NCBI GenBank assembly: GCA_964411255.1
Contig: CAYPKD010000005.1
Span: forward strand, 5,547 to 69,546
DNA: 64,000 nt
DNA from: an uncultured Gammaproteobacteria bacterium
GTDB lineage: Bacteria; Patescibacteriota; Patescibacteriia; UBA11705; DATKZF01
Direction: 5' to 3'
The notes below the pieces were generated by a model. That model saw only the letters and a program-made list of their open reading frames with translations, had not been told where the DNA came from and did not search any database. Below, one piece after another: positions 30,201 to 39,723 of this stretch; the first letter of the stretch is position 1, and each line of letters starts with the position of its first letter. A program made the translations under genes and the position numbers.

Positions 30201-30227
30201 AAACTCTGCATTATTGTAATACAGAGT
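30198..30227 (-). terminator. rho-independent terminator for the 30231-31943 gene
   Basis: Hairpin ctctgcattattgtaatacagag followed by a T-run on the minus strand. Confidence 0.65.
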
Positions 30228-30230
30228 TAA

Positions 30231-31943
30231 TTATCGGCGTTCACACATGATCCTTGCTTCTTCATAGACTGGTGAATCAGATGGCAATTGCTGTAAGATT
30301 TTTTCAATTTTGCCATCACCATAAGCAGACATTTCAGCTAATTCTCCTAGTGCCCAAATTCTATTATTATTATCTAATTTTTCATTTAATATTAACTGTT
30401 CAAAAGCTTGCTCATCATCAAATTGTCCAATTCTACTGAGAACATCAGTTAATAAATCATTGTCAAATCCACCTAATTCAACATTTTCATTTAGAATTTT
30501 ATCTAATAATATTAAGAATATTTTAACATTTGAGCAATGCTCAATCAATGAAAATTTATACTGATATTCTTCAGTAAGATCTATATCTTCATCATCATCA
30601 TGTAATTGTAGATCTAAGATATCTTTTAATAATTCAAGATCAGTAATATGTTCAGTAACAACCACAGGACGCAAATTACATTCTTCGGTTAAAGCTTTTT
30701 TTAACCATTTAAATAAAATATTTTGGTCTATAAATTGAGCCCTATCCAGCATTTGCTCAAAAAGCCAATCATCATTTTGATCTAATGAATGAGAACAAAG
30801 AGTATCTATATTTTTAGATTTTTTTATTCTTTTTATAGCTAATTGACGCAGATCCTGTTCTTCATCCTGATCTGCAGCAATATCGATAAGCAAATCTTCA
30901 TCTTTTACTTTAGCAATTATAAATCTTTTTGCTTTGATTACATCTTCGTTTTCTTCATCTCCACTTTCATTTTCAAATTTTTTGAAAAATTGATAGCAAT
31001 CAGCAAGTACTTCTGGATCTCTGATTTCTATTAAAGCACGATGTCTTACTTTTACGTGCAATTTCATTTTTGATACTAATTCAAATAATTCTTCATCATT
31101 CAAATCTAATCGAGTTATAGCTTCTATTTTGTGTACAATGTTAATACCCTGAGTAAAAATCATTCTTTTGACTAAATCTGGATCTTTAATCCGATACATA
31201 ACATCTCTGAATAAATATCCACTTTCTGCCCCAAAGTGTTCGAGGATTGTGAAAAGCAGTTCTTCATCTTGAATTTTGTTCATTGCTACGTTAACATACC
31301 CAGATTTAGTAAATGGAGGTTTTTGCTCTGTCACAAATCGAATAAGAAATAGTTCATCATTGATTTTTTCTATTGCTCTTTTTGTAATATCCTCATCAGT
31401 TGAGTTTTGTGCAATTTCTTTTAGAATATTTTCGTATTCATCATCAATAAAGTCCATTGCCTCACAATTTGCCTGTTCAATTGCCAAATATTTAAATAAA
31501 CCTTGAATTCCATGATAATCCAACATTGCAGTAATTTTTCTATCCCAGGGAATGAAAACAAAAGTTAATTTTCTGTCTTGCAATACTTGTAATTTTAATC
31601 CGCGAGAGGTTTCTCCTAATACCAGACCAATAGTGTAATCATCTTTTTCTGCTGTATCCTGAAAGGACACTATTGTATCAGGTGGAAATAAATAATCATC
31701 AAATCCCAGATCTTCCAGAGTTCTGCTACACATACTTTGAAAAAGTTTAATTGCCACCTTTTTTTGTCTGGGAGTCATTTGTTGATCTGCTTGCAGATCA
31801 ACTCTAACCTGAAGTCCAACATCTGTGTTTGAGATATCGCTTGGTCTATAGCGTTTAATAATTTTTCTGCCAGATTTAGCGACTACTACGGTTCGCCAGA
31901 TTGTATTATCTGAATCTGATGTCCAGAACTGTCGTTCGCTCAT
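30231..31943 (-). CDS. hypothetical acidic protein (570 aa)
   Basis: Long ORF with RBS AAGGAGA. No recognisable motifs. Confidence 0.5.
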   Translation of the reverse strand: MSERQFWTSDSDNTIWRTVVVAKSGRKIIKRYRPSDISNTDVGLQVRVDLQADQQMTPRQKKVAIKLFQSMCSRTLEDLGFDDYLFPPDTIVSFQDTAEKDDYTIGLVLGETSRGLKLQVLQDRKLTFVFIPWDRKITAMLDYHGIQGLFKYLAIEQANCEAMDFIDDEYENILKEIAQNSTDEDITKRAIEKINDELFLIRFVTEQKPPFTKSGYVNVAMNKIQDEELLFTILEHFGAESGYLFRDVMYRIKDPDLVKRMIFTQGINIVHKIEAITRLDLNDEELFELVSKMKLHVKVRHRALIEIRDPEVLADCYQFFKKFENESGDEENEDVIKAKRFIIAKVKDEDLLIDIAADQDEEQDLRQLAIKRIKKSKNIDTLCSHSLDQNDDWLFEQMLDRAQFIDQNILFKWLKKALTEECNLRPVVVTEHITDLELLKDILDLQLHDDDEDIDLTEEYQYKFSLIEHCSNVKIFLILLDKILNENVELGGFDNDLLTDVLSRIGQFDDEQAFEQLILNEKLDNNNRIWALGELAEMSAYGDGKIEKILQQLPSDSPVYEEARIMCERR

Positions 31944-32191
31944 TAGCTTCTCCTTATGGCAGGTTTGTTATTAAGCAAGCGTCCTTGCAAAGCAGGGCTG
32001 TCCAGCAGAGATGACTGGATAGCAAAATACAGGTCCCAAAAGGGAAAATTGTAAATGTGCAGGCCTTCTTGACGTCTCAAGAAAAGGCAAAAATAAATGA
32101 AAAATCACTTGCTTTTGCCTTTTCTTGTTTGAGTAAAGTTAACATTTAATATTGCTAGTGTCAAGCATGTATATAAATAAAATAGCCTTTT

Positions 32192-32385
32192 AAAAAACAG
32201 GCCCGTTAGGCCTGATTTAATCTTTTTCAATTTCGGCTTGTGCCGACCTACTTTTTGCTGCCAAAAAGTAGGCAAAAAGCACTGGGGGGCTTCAAATGCG
32301 AAGCAACGATTAAGTTTGAGGATCGCCCCAAGGGCAATCAGCCCCCCAGACCCCCGATTCTATTGACGAATTATTTTTTACAAAA
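32192..32385. ncRNA. candidate structured small RNA (unclassified)
   Basis: GC-rich segment with four or more hairpins, including a 10-bp stem ctggggggct/agccccccag. It is bracketed by terminator-like hairpins at both ends (32198-32222 and 32386-32410); orientation unresolved. Confidence 0.25.
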
Positions 32386-32408
32386 GACCACCAGTTTCCT
32401 GGTGGCTT

Positions 32409-32744
32409 TTATTCTAATTCCTTTCTCAATTTTTTTATTTCTGCTTCAGTATCTTTTGATTTATCTTGTTTTTTTACATCTATTATTCTTTGAGTTAACA
32501 TTTGTTGTGATTTTGCCAGAGCTGCTTGACGATTTGTTTTTATTTGTTCATGCATTTTTTTAGCTTCTGCTACTTGTTTTTGAGCCAGTTCTTCAAGTTC
32601 TTGAGGAGTTTTTGTTTGCATTTCAATAATTAAGTTTAATTCATCTTCAGTCAGATCTTTAGCCATTGAAAGCAACTTGTCTTTTTTTGCTTTTGGCAAA
32701 TTTGATTTTTTTATTTGAGTAATTATTTTCTTTTTTTTATCCAT
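32409..32744 (-). CDS. hypothetical coiled-coil protein
   Basis: Lys/Glu-rich heptad-like sequence. Confidence 0.45.
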   Translation of the reverse strand: MDKKKKIITQIKKSNLPKAKKDKLLSMAKDLTEDELNLIIEMQTKTPQELEELAQKQVAEAKKMHEQIKTNRQAALAKSQQMLTQRIIDVKKQDKSKDTEAEIKKLRKELE

Positions 32745-32745
32745 A

Positions 32746-33111
32746 TTAAATTGCTTGGGCTATTCTCATAAGCTGACCAGTAATATAAATTGCTTTTGAC
32801 AATCTTTTATGCTCTCGAACCCAGTTGTTAAATTTAGCTCTGTTGGCATTGGCTTCATCTCTTATGTTCTCTTCGGCTAACTGGGATATTTCCAAAACGC
32901 GCTCATCGTCTTCATCTACACCCAGATCTTCAGCCAGTTGAGCAGGATCTCCTTCCCATATGTTACTCTCTTCAAATTTTTTTAATTCTTCTTCTGATAA
33001 TTCTTCAAGCTCGCCGCTTTCCAGCATTTCAAAAAAATTCTGCTCTTCTTCAGGAGTAGATATTTGTTCTGGAGCTTCAAGCTCAGGTTGTAATTGTTCT
33101 ATATCAACCAT
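32746..33111 (-). CDS. hypothetical acidic protein
   Basis: Highly acidic N-terminal half; likely operonic with the downstream gene (1-nt spacing). Confidence 0.45.
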   Translation of the reverse strand: MVDIEQLQPELEAPEQISTPEEEQNFFEMLESGELEELSEEELKKFEESNIWEGDPAQLAEDLGVDEDDERVLEISQLAEENIRDEANANRAKFNNWVREHKRLSKAIYITGQLMRIAQAI

Positions 33112-33353
33112 ACGATATTAGTATAACATATTACATTTTACAAACAAAAAACAGCCTGCCAAAGAGACTGTTTTTTGATATTATCATTGGGATTACTGAT
33201 TTGATATTACTCTAACATCACACTGTTGCCAAGAAAAGATAGTTGGAGAGAGGTTTAAAGAACATCTATCTCTTTTGGCAAGCAGTGTGATGCCAAAGTT
33301 TGTTTACAAACTCCAGAGGAATTAGGAGCAGATGAGTGCTCCTAAAGGAAAGA

Positions 33354-34199
33354 TTAGGAAAAGAGAGAATTGGCAGTTTCTGCCAGTTTGACAGGATCTA
33401 CGTTGGAAGGACTGGTAGCCGGAGCCTTTCTGGTACCGCGACTGAAAAGAAATCCTGAAGAATGGGCAAACCATTGATCCAGTTCACCCTGCTGTTCAAC
33501 TATTTCTCGAAGCTGGGGATGATCCATGCGCAAAGTCTGTGATCCCTCGCGGAAAATACCCAGACTATGGCCGTCTACGTAGACAATGGCTTTTACACCA
33601 CGCTCAAACAAAACATATGAGGTGGCGCAGTGTCGCATGTTTCTGAGAATAGCCACATTGTCTCCAGGCAAAATTTCAGCCTCATTAGCTTCAATCTTAG
33701 CCATTTGACGGGATCGGCCAGCTTTCAGCATACCATCAAAGATTTCTGACATGCATTCGATAACAGTATCGTCCCGGCCAGGAAAAATAGACTGGAAAGC
33801 ACGAAGTACTGAATTGATGCCGGTCAGCGAGAAGATTTGCTGCGCTTCATCATTGATTTCAGGCGCCAGGAATTTGACAGCAGAGCCATGAGCATCCTGG
33901 GCATCAATGAATGTAACCAGCGGAGCAAGAGCTTCCTGGTCATTTTTTGAAGCCAGTTTTGAAATGATAGTGGCAAAACAGGAATGTACTGTGCCATCAT
34001 CATCTTTTTTGCCTTTTACTCCTTTGCCGCCAGCTTCAATGTCAACGGCAACAGCTTTATCCTCATTGAGTCCAGTCCCGTCCCAGTTAGCTGGGCGGAA
34101 ACAAACTTCAGCATCCATGTATGCTTCAGCAAAAGTACGGATAGCCCATACAGATGCCACCGCATCAAGGTCCACGTTCATGTGGGTAAAAATTTTCAT
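33354..34199 (-). CDS. DHH-superfamily phosphoesterase-like protein (GC-rich)
   Basis: HMNVDLDAVAS (DHH motif I-like) and IDAQDAHGS (motif III-like). GC content is much higher than the genome background. Confidence 0.4.
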   Translation of the reverse strand: MKIFTHMNVDLDAVASVWAIRTFAEAYMDAEVCFRPANWDGTGLNEDKAVAVDIEAGGKGVKGKKDDDGTVHSCFATIISKLASKNDQEALAPLVTFIDAQDAHGSAVKFLAPEINDEAQQIFSLTGINSVLRAFQSIFPGRDDTVIECMSEIFDGMLKAGRSRQMAKIEANEAEILPGDNVAILRNMRHCATSYVLFERGVKAIVYVDGHSLGIFREGSQTLRMDHPQLREIVEQQGELDQWFAHSSGFLFSRGTRKAPATSPSNVDPVKLAETANSLFS

Positions 34200-34317
34200 T
34201 TTCGCCTCTCTTTGTTGTGAAAAATTTCCTCTGGAATTTGCAAATTTTTAATTAACACTCTTCGAAATTTATTAAAAGTTAATAAATTTTGGAGAGCGAA
34301 GGAATTTTGTAATTCCT

Positions 34318-34635
34318 TCAGATTTGAGGTAGCGGCCAAAGCTGACGAAGCTGTTTGTCAAAGAATTCGTAAGCTTCAAAATCAGCACCGCAAAGTGTGA
34401 GTTTTGCAATTACTGGTATGAGTTGATTGTGCTCTGCTTTATTGGTGATTACGACATATGAATGGTAAGCAGAGGGATTGAAGTCATTGATTATGACATA
34501 GTCCAGTTTATCTGGCGGGGTCATCCAGTGTGAATCAATGGTAATAACCTGATCAAACTGAAAGCCTTCTTGTCTGGCTAGATCAATGATTTCAGTTGTG
34601 ATTGAACCGAACCAGAACTGGATCAGTATTTTCAC
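34318..34635 (-). CDS. hypothetical protein (GC-rich island)
   Basis: RBS AAGGAG plus a GTG start at about 34635; the ORF-track extension to 34698 is less likely. Confidence 0.4.
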   Translation of the reverse strand: MKILIQFWFGSITTEIIDLARQEGFQFDQVITIDSHWMTPPDKLDYVIINDFNPSAYHSYVVITNKAEHNQLIPVIAKLTLCGADFEAYEFFDKQLRQLWPLPQI

Positions 34636-35126
34636 TGAAAGCTCCTTTTTAAAAAAATTTGAAAAAAAACACTCGAATCTAACAAGAGATCCAAGCATTT
34701 TTTCGTACGAAAGTCCGCTTAAGACTCTCTTTCAAAATTTCCAAATAAGTTTTAGAAACTTTGAGAGATCGGAGAGTGCAGTGCTCACTCTCCGATGTCC
34801 GTTGCTTTAACCCGTAGGAGGCAGCTTTAGGTGCCTATGCGTTTTAAGGATGCAAGCGTTAAAGATCTCGGCTTGTTCATCCTGTTACCCATCCCCACTA
34901 GAGGATGTATTGGGTGGTTAGCAGAATTTTATACAGGCGCCTCTGCCAGGGCGCAGATGTAAACACATTGATGACAGATTATTATCTCTTGCCACCAAAT
35001 TAATGTTGTGAAGAGCCTTGTTGCTCTTCTCTGAATTCTGAAAATAAATTTCAGAACTCGGAGAAGCTGAGGATGGTTTGACGCATCCTCAGATATTTCC
35101 TTTCTTAAAATTTGGAGGTGAATAAC

Positions 35127-35567
35127 CTAGGCCTCTTTGTTTTGGCTCTGAGCTTCAGCTTCTGCCTGGGCCTTGGCCTGCTTGAGTGCAGCCTTGGCTT
35201 TGGCTTCAGCTTCGGCCTGCTTGCGCTTTTCAGCGTCAAGTTTGGCCAGACCACCGAGGCCTGTGTTGGGCGCACCACCAGCGCGGCTGGAGCCCTGCCG
35301 TCGGCGCTTGATTTCCAAGCGCTTGAAGCGGGGATCACCATGCTGATGCTTTGCCTGGCGGCGGCGCTGGTTGCGGCGCTGGCGGCGCAGATTACGCTTG
35401 GCGCGAAGTTCATCACGCTCAACCTTGACCTGCGCACGTCGCTCAGCATTCTCAGCTTTGCGAACCAGCTCCTGCCATTTCTTCAGGCCACCATGACGGC
35501 CGCAGAAACCGCGGCCAGCCAGGACATCAGCCGTACACCCGTCATGCTTACACTTTTCCACCTTCAT
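35127..35567 (-). CDS. Arg/Lys-rich protein with N-terminal C2CH zinc-binding motif
   Basis: RBS GGGAGG; CKHDGC...CGRH motif then an R/K/A-rich low-complexity region. About 60% GC with all frames open; coding status less certain. Confidence 0.4.
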   Translation of the reverse strand: MKVEKCKHDGCTADVLAGRGFCGRHGGLKKWQELVRKAENAERRAQVKVERDELRAKRNLRRQRRNQRRRQAKHQHGDPRFKRLEIKRRRQGSSRAGGAPNTGLGGLAKLDAEKRKQAEAEAKAKAALKQAKAQAEAEAQSQNKEA

Positions 35568-36110
35568 GTGGGCCTCCCTATATAAAAAGATTAATAGACA
35601 TTTTTGTCAAAATTGCTGAAAGGACGATGTAGGTGAGATGCCAAAGAGATTTGAAGGGACTTAAATAGATTTATTTCCCTTATCTCAATATGGGCAAAAT
35701 ATGCTCAGCCAATCTAATCGCAAGCGAATAGATCAGCATGAACTTCTCTCTCCTCTACATCGTTCTGTTCAGAAATTAGACATATAAAAACAGACTGAGA
35801 GAACCATGTCTGTTTAAAATACAGCTTTATAATCTAGCTGACTCTCTCTCCATGAAATTTGTTAGATTTCAATTTTCGATTTTGATTTAGTATTATAGCA
35901 TATTTTTTTAAAAAAGTCAAGACGAGAGCATAATTTAAGTCGTTTTTTGTCTAAATTTACGGAAATTACAAATTTGCTAAACTGGTAAATTAATTAAAAT
36001 TTTAGTAAAAATATTACGAATAATTACGAATTAGCAAGGCTGTTATTGAAAAGCATATATTTAATTGGTAATATGATAGAGCCTGTTTTCATGCGGAAAA
36101 GGAGAAAACC

Positions 36111-36545
36111 ATGCAATCATCACCAGAGCTTGGTGTATATGTGGTATTAAAAGACGGTGTAGAAATTGCACGACATCAAAGTGTGGAAAGATTACATGAA
36201 CAATTTCCAGATTGGAATGATGATGAATCAATTAGCATTGTTTATAAGCCATCTGAGGCAGAAAAAGAAATATTACGTGAACTTAAATTATTTCGATCTG
36301 GTGGGAATGTATTAGCAGAGCATGTAGATCCTTTTATTTTACATAGACAATTATTGGAAAAGCATGGAGATAAATGGATAAAAGAATATGAAGGACAATG
36401 GCTGGCAGTTGATGTTGAAAGTGAGCTGGTTATTGATCATGATTGGATGTTGGCTGATTTAGCTGATCGAATTCATGCAAGCAATAAAGATAATAGTAGA
36501 CTAGTCTTATTGTTAGGGATTTCAGATAATGATTTTATAATTTAA
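36111..36545 (+). CDS. hypothetical protein
   Basis: RBS AAGGAGAAA; no recognised motifs. Confidence 0.5.
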   Translation: MQSSPELGVYVVLKDGVEIARHQSVERLHEQFPDWNDDESISIVYKPSEAEKEILRELKLFRSGGNVLAEHVDPFILHRQLLEKHGDKWIKEYEGQWLAVDVESELVIDHDWMLADLADRIHASNKDNSRLVLLLGISDNDFII

Positions 36546-36546
36546 A

Positions 36547-36582
36547 AAGCACTAATATTCAAAATATAGTGCTTTTTTATTT
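36547..36582. terminator. bidirectional terminator
   Basis: Hairpin agcactaatattcaaaatatagtgct followed by a T-run. Confidence 0.6.
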
Positions 36583-36595
36583 ATTTTCAATTTAA

Positions 36596-38023
36596 TTAAA
36601 TAGCATTTTTACCTTTAATCACTGCCCATGGAGTTTTTAATAATATCCAAAAATCAAGTTTTAGCGACCAGTTTTCAATATAGAAAATATCCATTTTTGC
36701 TTCTTCATCAAATGGCAAATCGCTTCGACCACTGATTTGAGCAATACCAGTTATTCCAGGTTTTATATCTAAGGTTCGTAATTGCTCTGGCGTATATCTT
36801 TCAACTTCTCTTGGCTGGTGAGGCCGAGGGCCAACTATGCTCATATTTCCGATAAAGACATTGAAAAATTGAGGCAGCTCATCAATGCTGATTTTTCGGA
36901 TAAATCTGCCAACAGCAGTTACGCGGGGATCTTTTTTTATTTTATATAAAGCACCTCTGGACGCCCCTTGTTCTTTTATTAATTTTTTTTCAAGTTCCAA
37001 TGCTTGTTTACTTGATGGTGCATCTGGCCCTGTACTCATATCCCAATACATTGATCTGAATTTGTATACATTGAATTTTTTTCCATTTTGGCCAACTCTT
37101 TCATTCTTATATATAATTGGCCCTTTTGAATTAATTTTTATGGCAATAGCTGTAAATAGCATTATTGGTGAAGATAAGATTATAAAAATAATTGAACTAA
37201 ATAAATCAGAAAATCTTTTAATAATTTTTTTCCAGCCGTCCAGTGGTGTCTTTTTTATTTCAATTACTGGCAGACCAGCAATCATGTGCGTTTCAATGTT
37301 GGTAGCCCTGGCTTCAAAAGGACCGGCAACATATTTAAAAATAATATGATTATATTTGGCAAAATTGATCAATGAAATTGTATCTTTTCTTGAGATATTT
37401 GGATCAGTTTGAATGATTTCATCAATAAATGTTTTTTTATGAAGAGCTTGAATTTTCATTAATGTGTCTTGATTAAACTGTTCAAAATGTTTGAGAATTT
37501 TTAATCCTAATGAAGGTTGTTTTAAGATTGCATTTTTTACAGCATTAGTATTTGAATTTTTTCCAATAATTATAATTTTATGAGTTCCCCAGCCAGTTTT
37601 ATATAAACTATTTTGAACGATTCTAATTATCATTCTGCCAACAATTATGAAAAGGATGCTGAAAAGCCAGGCAAACAAAATAATAAATCTTGATTCAAAA
37701 AGTTCTCTGACAAAGAACATATATAGAATAATTGCAGTCATGCCAGTAGAGCAGGCTAATATAATCCTGGCCATTTCATCAGTGACTTTTGTTTTTTTAA
37801 ATTTATAAAGAGATGACCAAAAAAAGAAAATCAGCCATATTGCAGCCATTACAATTAGTACACCTAAATATTTATTAAATTCCAGATCAAATACAACCGG
37901 CCTTATTTCAGTAACTGATTCAATAAAACGCAGAGAATAAGCGGTAATACCAGCCAATATTAAAAGAAAGTAGTCAGTGACCAGTTTTATAAGTACAAAT
38001 ATTAATTCTGATTTTTTTATCAT
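36596..38023 (-). CDS. polyprenyl-phosphate sugar phosphotransferase (WbaP/bacterial sugar transferase family)
   Basis: N-terminal TM helices; C-terminal sugar-transferase block IVGPRPHQPREVERYTPEQLRTLDIKPGITG. Confidence 0.85.
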   Translation of the reverse strand: MIKKSELIFVLIKLVTDYFLLILAGITAYSLRFIESVTEIRPVVFDLEFNKYLGVLIVMAAIWLIFFFWSSLYKFKKTKVTDEMARIILACSTGMTAIILYMFFVRELFESRFIILFAWLFSILFIIVGRMIIRIVQNSLYKTGWGTHKIIIIGKNSNTNAVKNAILKQPSLGLKILKHFEQFNQDTLMKIQALHKKTFIDEIIQTDPNISRKDTISLINFAKYNHIIFKYVAGPFEARATNIETHMIAGLPVIEIKKTPLDGWKKIIKRFSDLFSSIIFIILSSPIMLFTAIAIKINSKGPIIYKNERVGQNGKKFNVYKFRSMYWDMSTGPDAPSSKQALELEKKLIKEQGASRGALYKIKKDPRVTAVGRFIRKISIDELPQFFNVFIGNMSIVGPRPHQPREVERYTPEQLRTLDIKPGITGIAQISGRSDLPFDEEAKMDIFYIENWSLKLDFWILLKTPWAVIKGKNAI

Positions 38024-38150
38024 AAATTTGTTAGGCTGGTAGATCGGTAGGTTAGTAGGTTGGTAGATTTAAAAAAAATTGGAAGAAGGACGCTACTAAT
38101 ATTATTGCAATTTTTTGTAAAAATTTCAATAATAACATCCACCTTCCAAT

Positions 38151-38760
38151 TGATCCAAACAGGTCTATAAGCCGAATTCTGTCCCACCAGAGGCGGGGAT
38201 GATCATCTATCTAGTCCCGAGATTACTCTCGGGATCAAGCGAGCTACCAAACTTGCTCTTGCACCAGATAAGGTTTACCACCACCTAATGTTACCATTAG
38301 GCAAGAGAAGTATAAATTAAATAGTCACGTGAACCATTTAACTTTTTTCCTTCTCACTTTTCACCTTTCACCACTGCTACGCAGTGGAATTTCTAAATCC
38401 TAATTTTTTAAACTCTGAACAATTTTCAAATTTTCGAAAGGTTTTAAACATTAGAACATTTGAATTTCGAATTTGTTTAGAATTTCGTATTTCGAATTTA
38501 GCGCTTCCATTGCGCAACAATGGCTAGTATAGTCTCTGTGGCACTGGCTGTCGTCTAGGTTTATTAATTATCCTAGAATCGCCTGGGAGTTACCCAGTAT
38601 CATACCGCAGATTACGCTGATTAGCCGATTACGCAGATTGCAGGACTTTTTTTTATCAGCGTAATCAGCGTAATCTACGGTCAGGTGTTCGGACTTTCCT
38701 CCGGCCTACGCTTTTCACTTTGTTCAAAGCTTCGGCTGGCGATCATCCAACCTATTTGGA
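38151..38760 (-). ncRNA. rnpB: RNase P RNA (bacterial type A-like) with large insertions
   Basis: On the minus strand: GGAGGAAAGUCCGAACACC (P4 5' strand), CUGGGUAACUCCCAGG (P8-like), CCAGUGCCACAGAGAC, GGUGAAAGGUGAAAAGUGAGAAGG (P13/14-like), CUAGAUAGAUGAUCAUCC...GACAGAAUUCGGCUUAUAGACC (P4 3' strand, P2). The 5' and 3' ends pair as P1. Confidence 0.8.
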
Positions 38761-38808
38761 TCATAACAATTATATCAAAAATATTGTAAATTGTCAATAG
38801 GTATGCAC

Positions 38809-38837
38809 TTGACAGATTTTCAAAAATAAGCTAAATT
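38809..38837 (+). promoter_or_regulatory. candidate promoter TTGACA-17-TAAATT
   Basis: Direct motif match upstream of ORF 38887. Confidence 0.4.
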
Positions 38838-38886
38838 AGATTATCCAATGCTCGCACTCAATTGGCTAAAATAAGGAGGAAACGCA

Positions 38887-39660
38887 ATGAGACGAGTAAG
38901 GCAATTGACATATTTTGTTGTAATTTCGTTTATTCTCATGTATGTCAATGGATGTTCTTTATATTCTGAAAATGATCGTTCTTTTTTAGATGATCAGAAT
39001 AGACAGTCTGCTCGAAGAACAGTTCGTTCAGATGATTCTATAGATCAAAATCCTAATCAGCTAAAGCGGGAAAAGATTATTCAAGTAGCTCAGGCAAAAC
39101 TTTCTTTGGAAGAATTTGCTCAGGCTGAACCTTTGAAAAGATATTGTGATATTACTGGCACCAGCTTTGAAGTAGAAAAGATGCCAGTTACTATTTCTCA
39201 TGCTGGAAGAGAAGTATATGTGGAAACTGAATTAAAGGATTCAACTCTTTTTAAAGAAAATGCAACAAAAGTGCTGGGCTGGTGGAAGCGAAATTACCGG
39301 GTAAGAAAAGTAGAAGATAAGGGTCTGCGCTTGGTCACCATGCTGAAAATTCCAAGAGCAGCCAAATATGATGATGTTGCCAAGGCAATATTTGAATTCT
39401 ATCAAAAGAATTTTCAAAATATTGTTATTTCAGTTATTTGTCGGGAAATGAATAACTGGGCAGTTGATGAATATCCAAATGATTTTTCTGTGGTGATTGA
39501 AAAAAAACAGGAAAATCAGACCCAAAAAGAAGACAAGGCTGCTGCGAAAAAGGCAGCAAGGGCTGCTGCGAGAAGGGCGGCAAGGGCTGCTGCGAGAAAG
39601 GCAGCAAAGGCTGATGCAAAAGAACCAGCCAAACCTCCTGCAAAAAAAGCAGATGAATAA
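38887..39660 (+). CDS. lipoprotein with C-terminal Ala/Lys/Arg repeat tail
   Basis: RBS AAGGAGGA, lipobox VNGCS, C-terminal KAAAKKAARAAARRAARAAARKAAKADAK. Confidence 0.5.
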   Translation: MRRVRQLTYFVVISFILMYVNGCSLYSENDRSFLDDQNRQSARRTVRSDDSIDQNPNQLKREKIIQVAQAKLSLEEFAQAEPLKRYCDITGTSFEVEKMPVTISHAGREVYVETELKDSTLFKENATKVLGWWKRNYRVRKVEDKGLRLVTMLKIPRAAKYDDVAKAIFEFYQKNFQNIVISVICREMNNWAVDEYPNDFSVVIEKKQENQTQKEDKAAAKKAARAAARRAARAAARKAAKADAKEPAKPPAKKADE

Positions 39661-39723
39661 TACTATATAAAGCTCTCAAAGAGGGCTTTTTTTTAATTAA
39701 AAACTGCTTTGTGTAAAAAGCAG

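Noticed and set aside
32240-32563. 107-aa + ORF
   Set aside because: It runs through the hairpin-rich non-coding segment and into the minus-strand gene 32409-32744. There is no RBS and the hydrophobic low-complexity translation is implausible.
35112-35585. 157-aa + ORF, plus 35105-35449 and other overlapping ORFs in GC-rich segments (for example 16116-16433 -, 16207-16446 -, 21186-21386 -, 56258-56722 -, 63259-63873 -)
   Set aside because: High-GC stretches leave all frames open. The chosen strand in each case is the one with a credible RBS and recognisable protein features.
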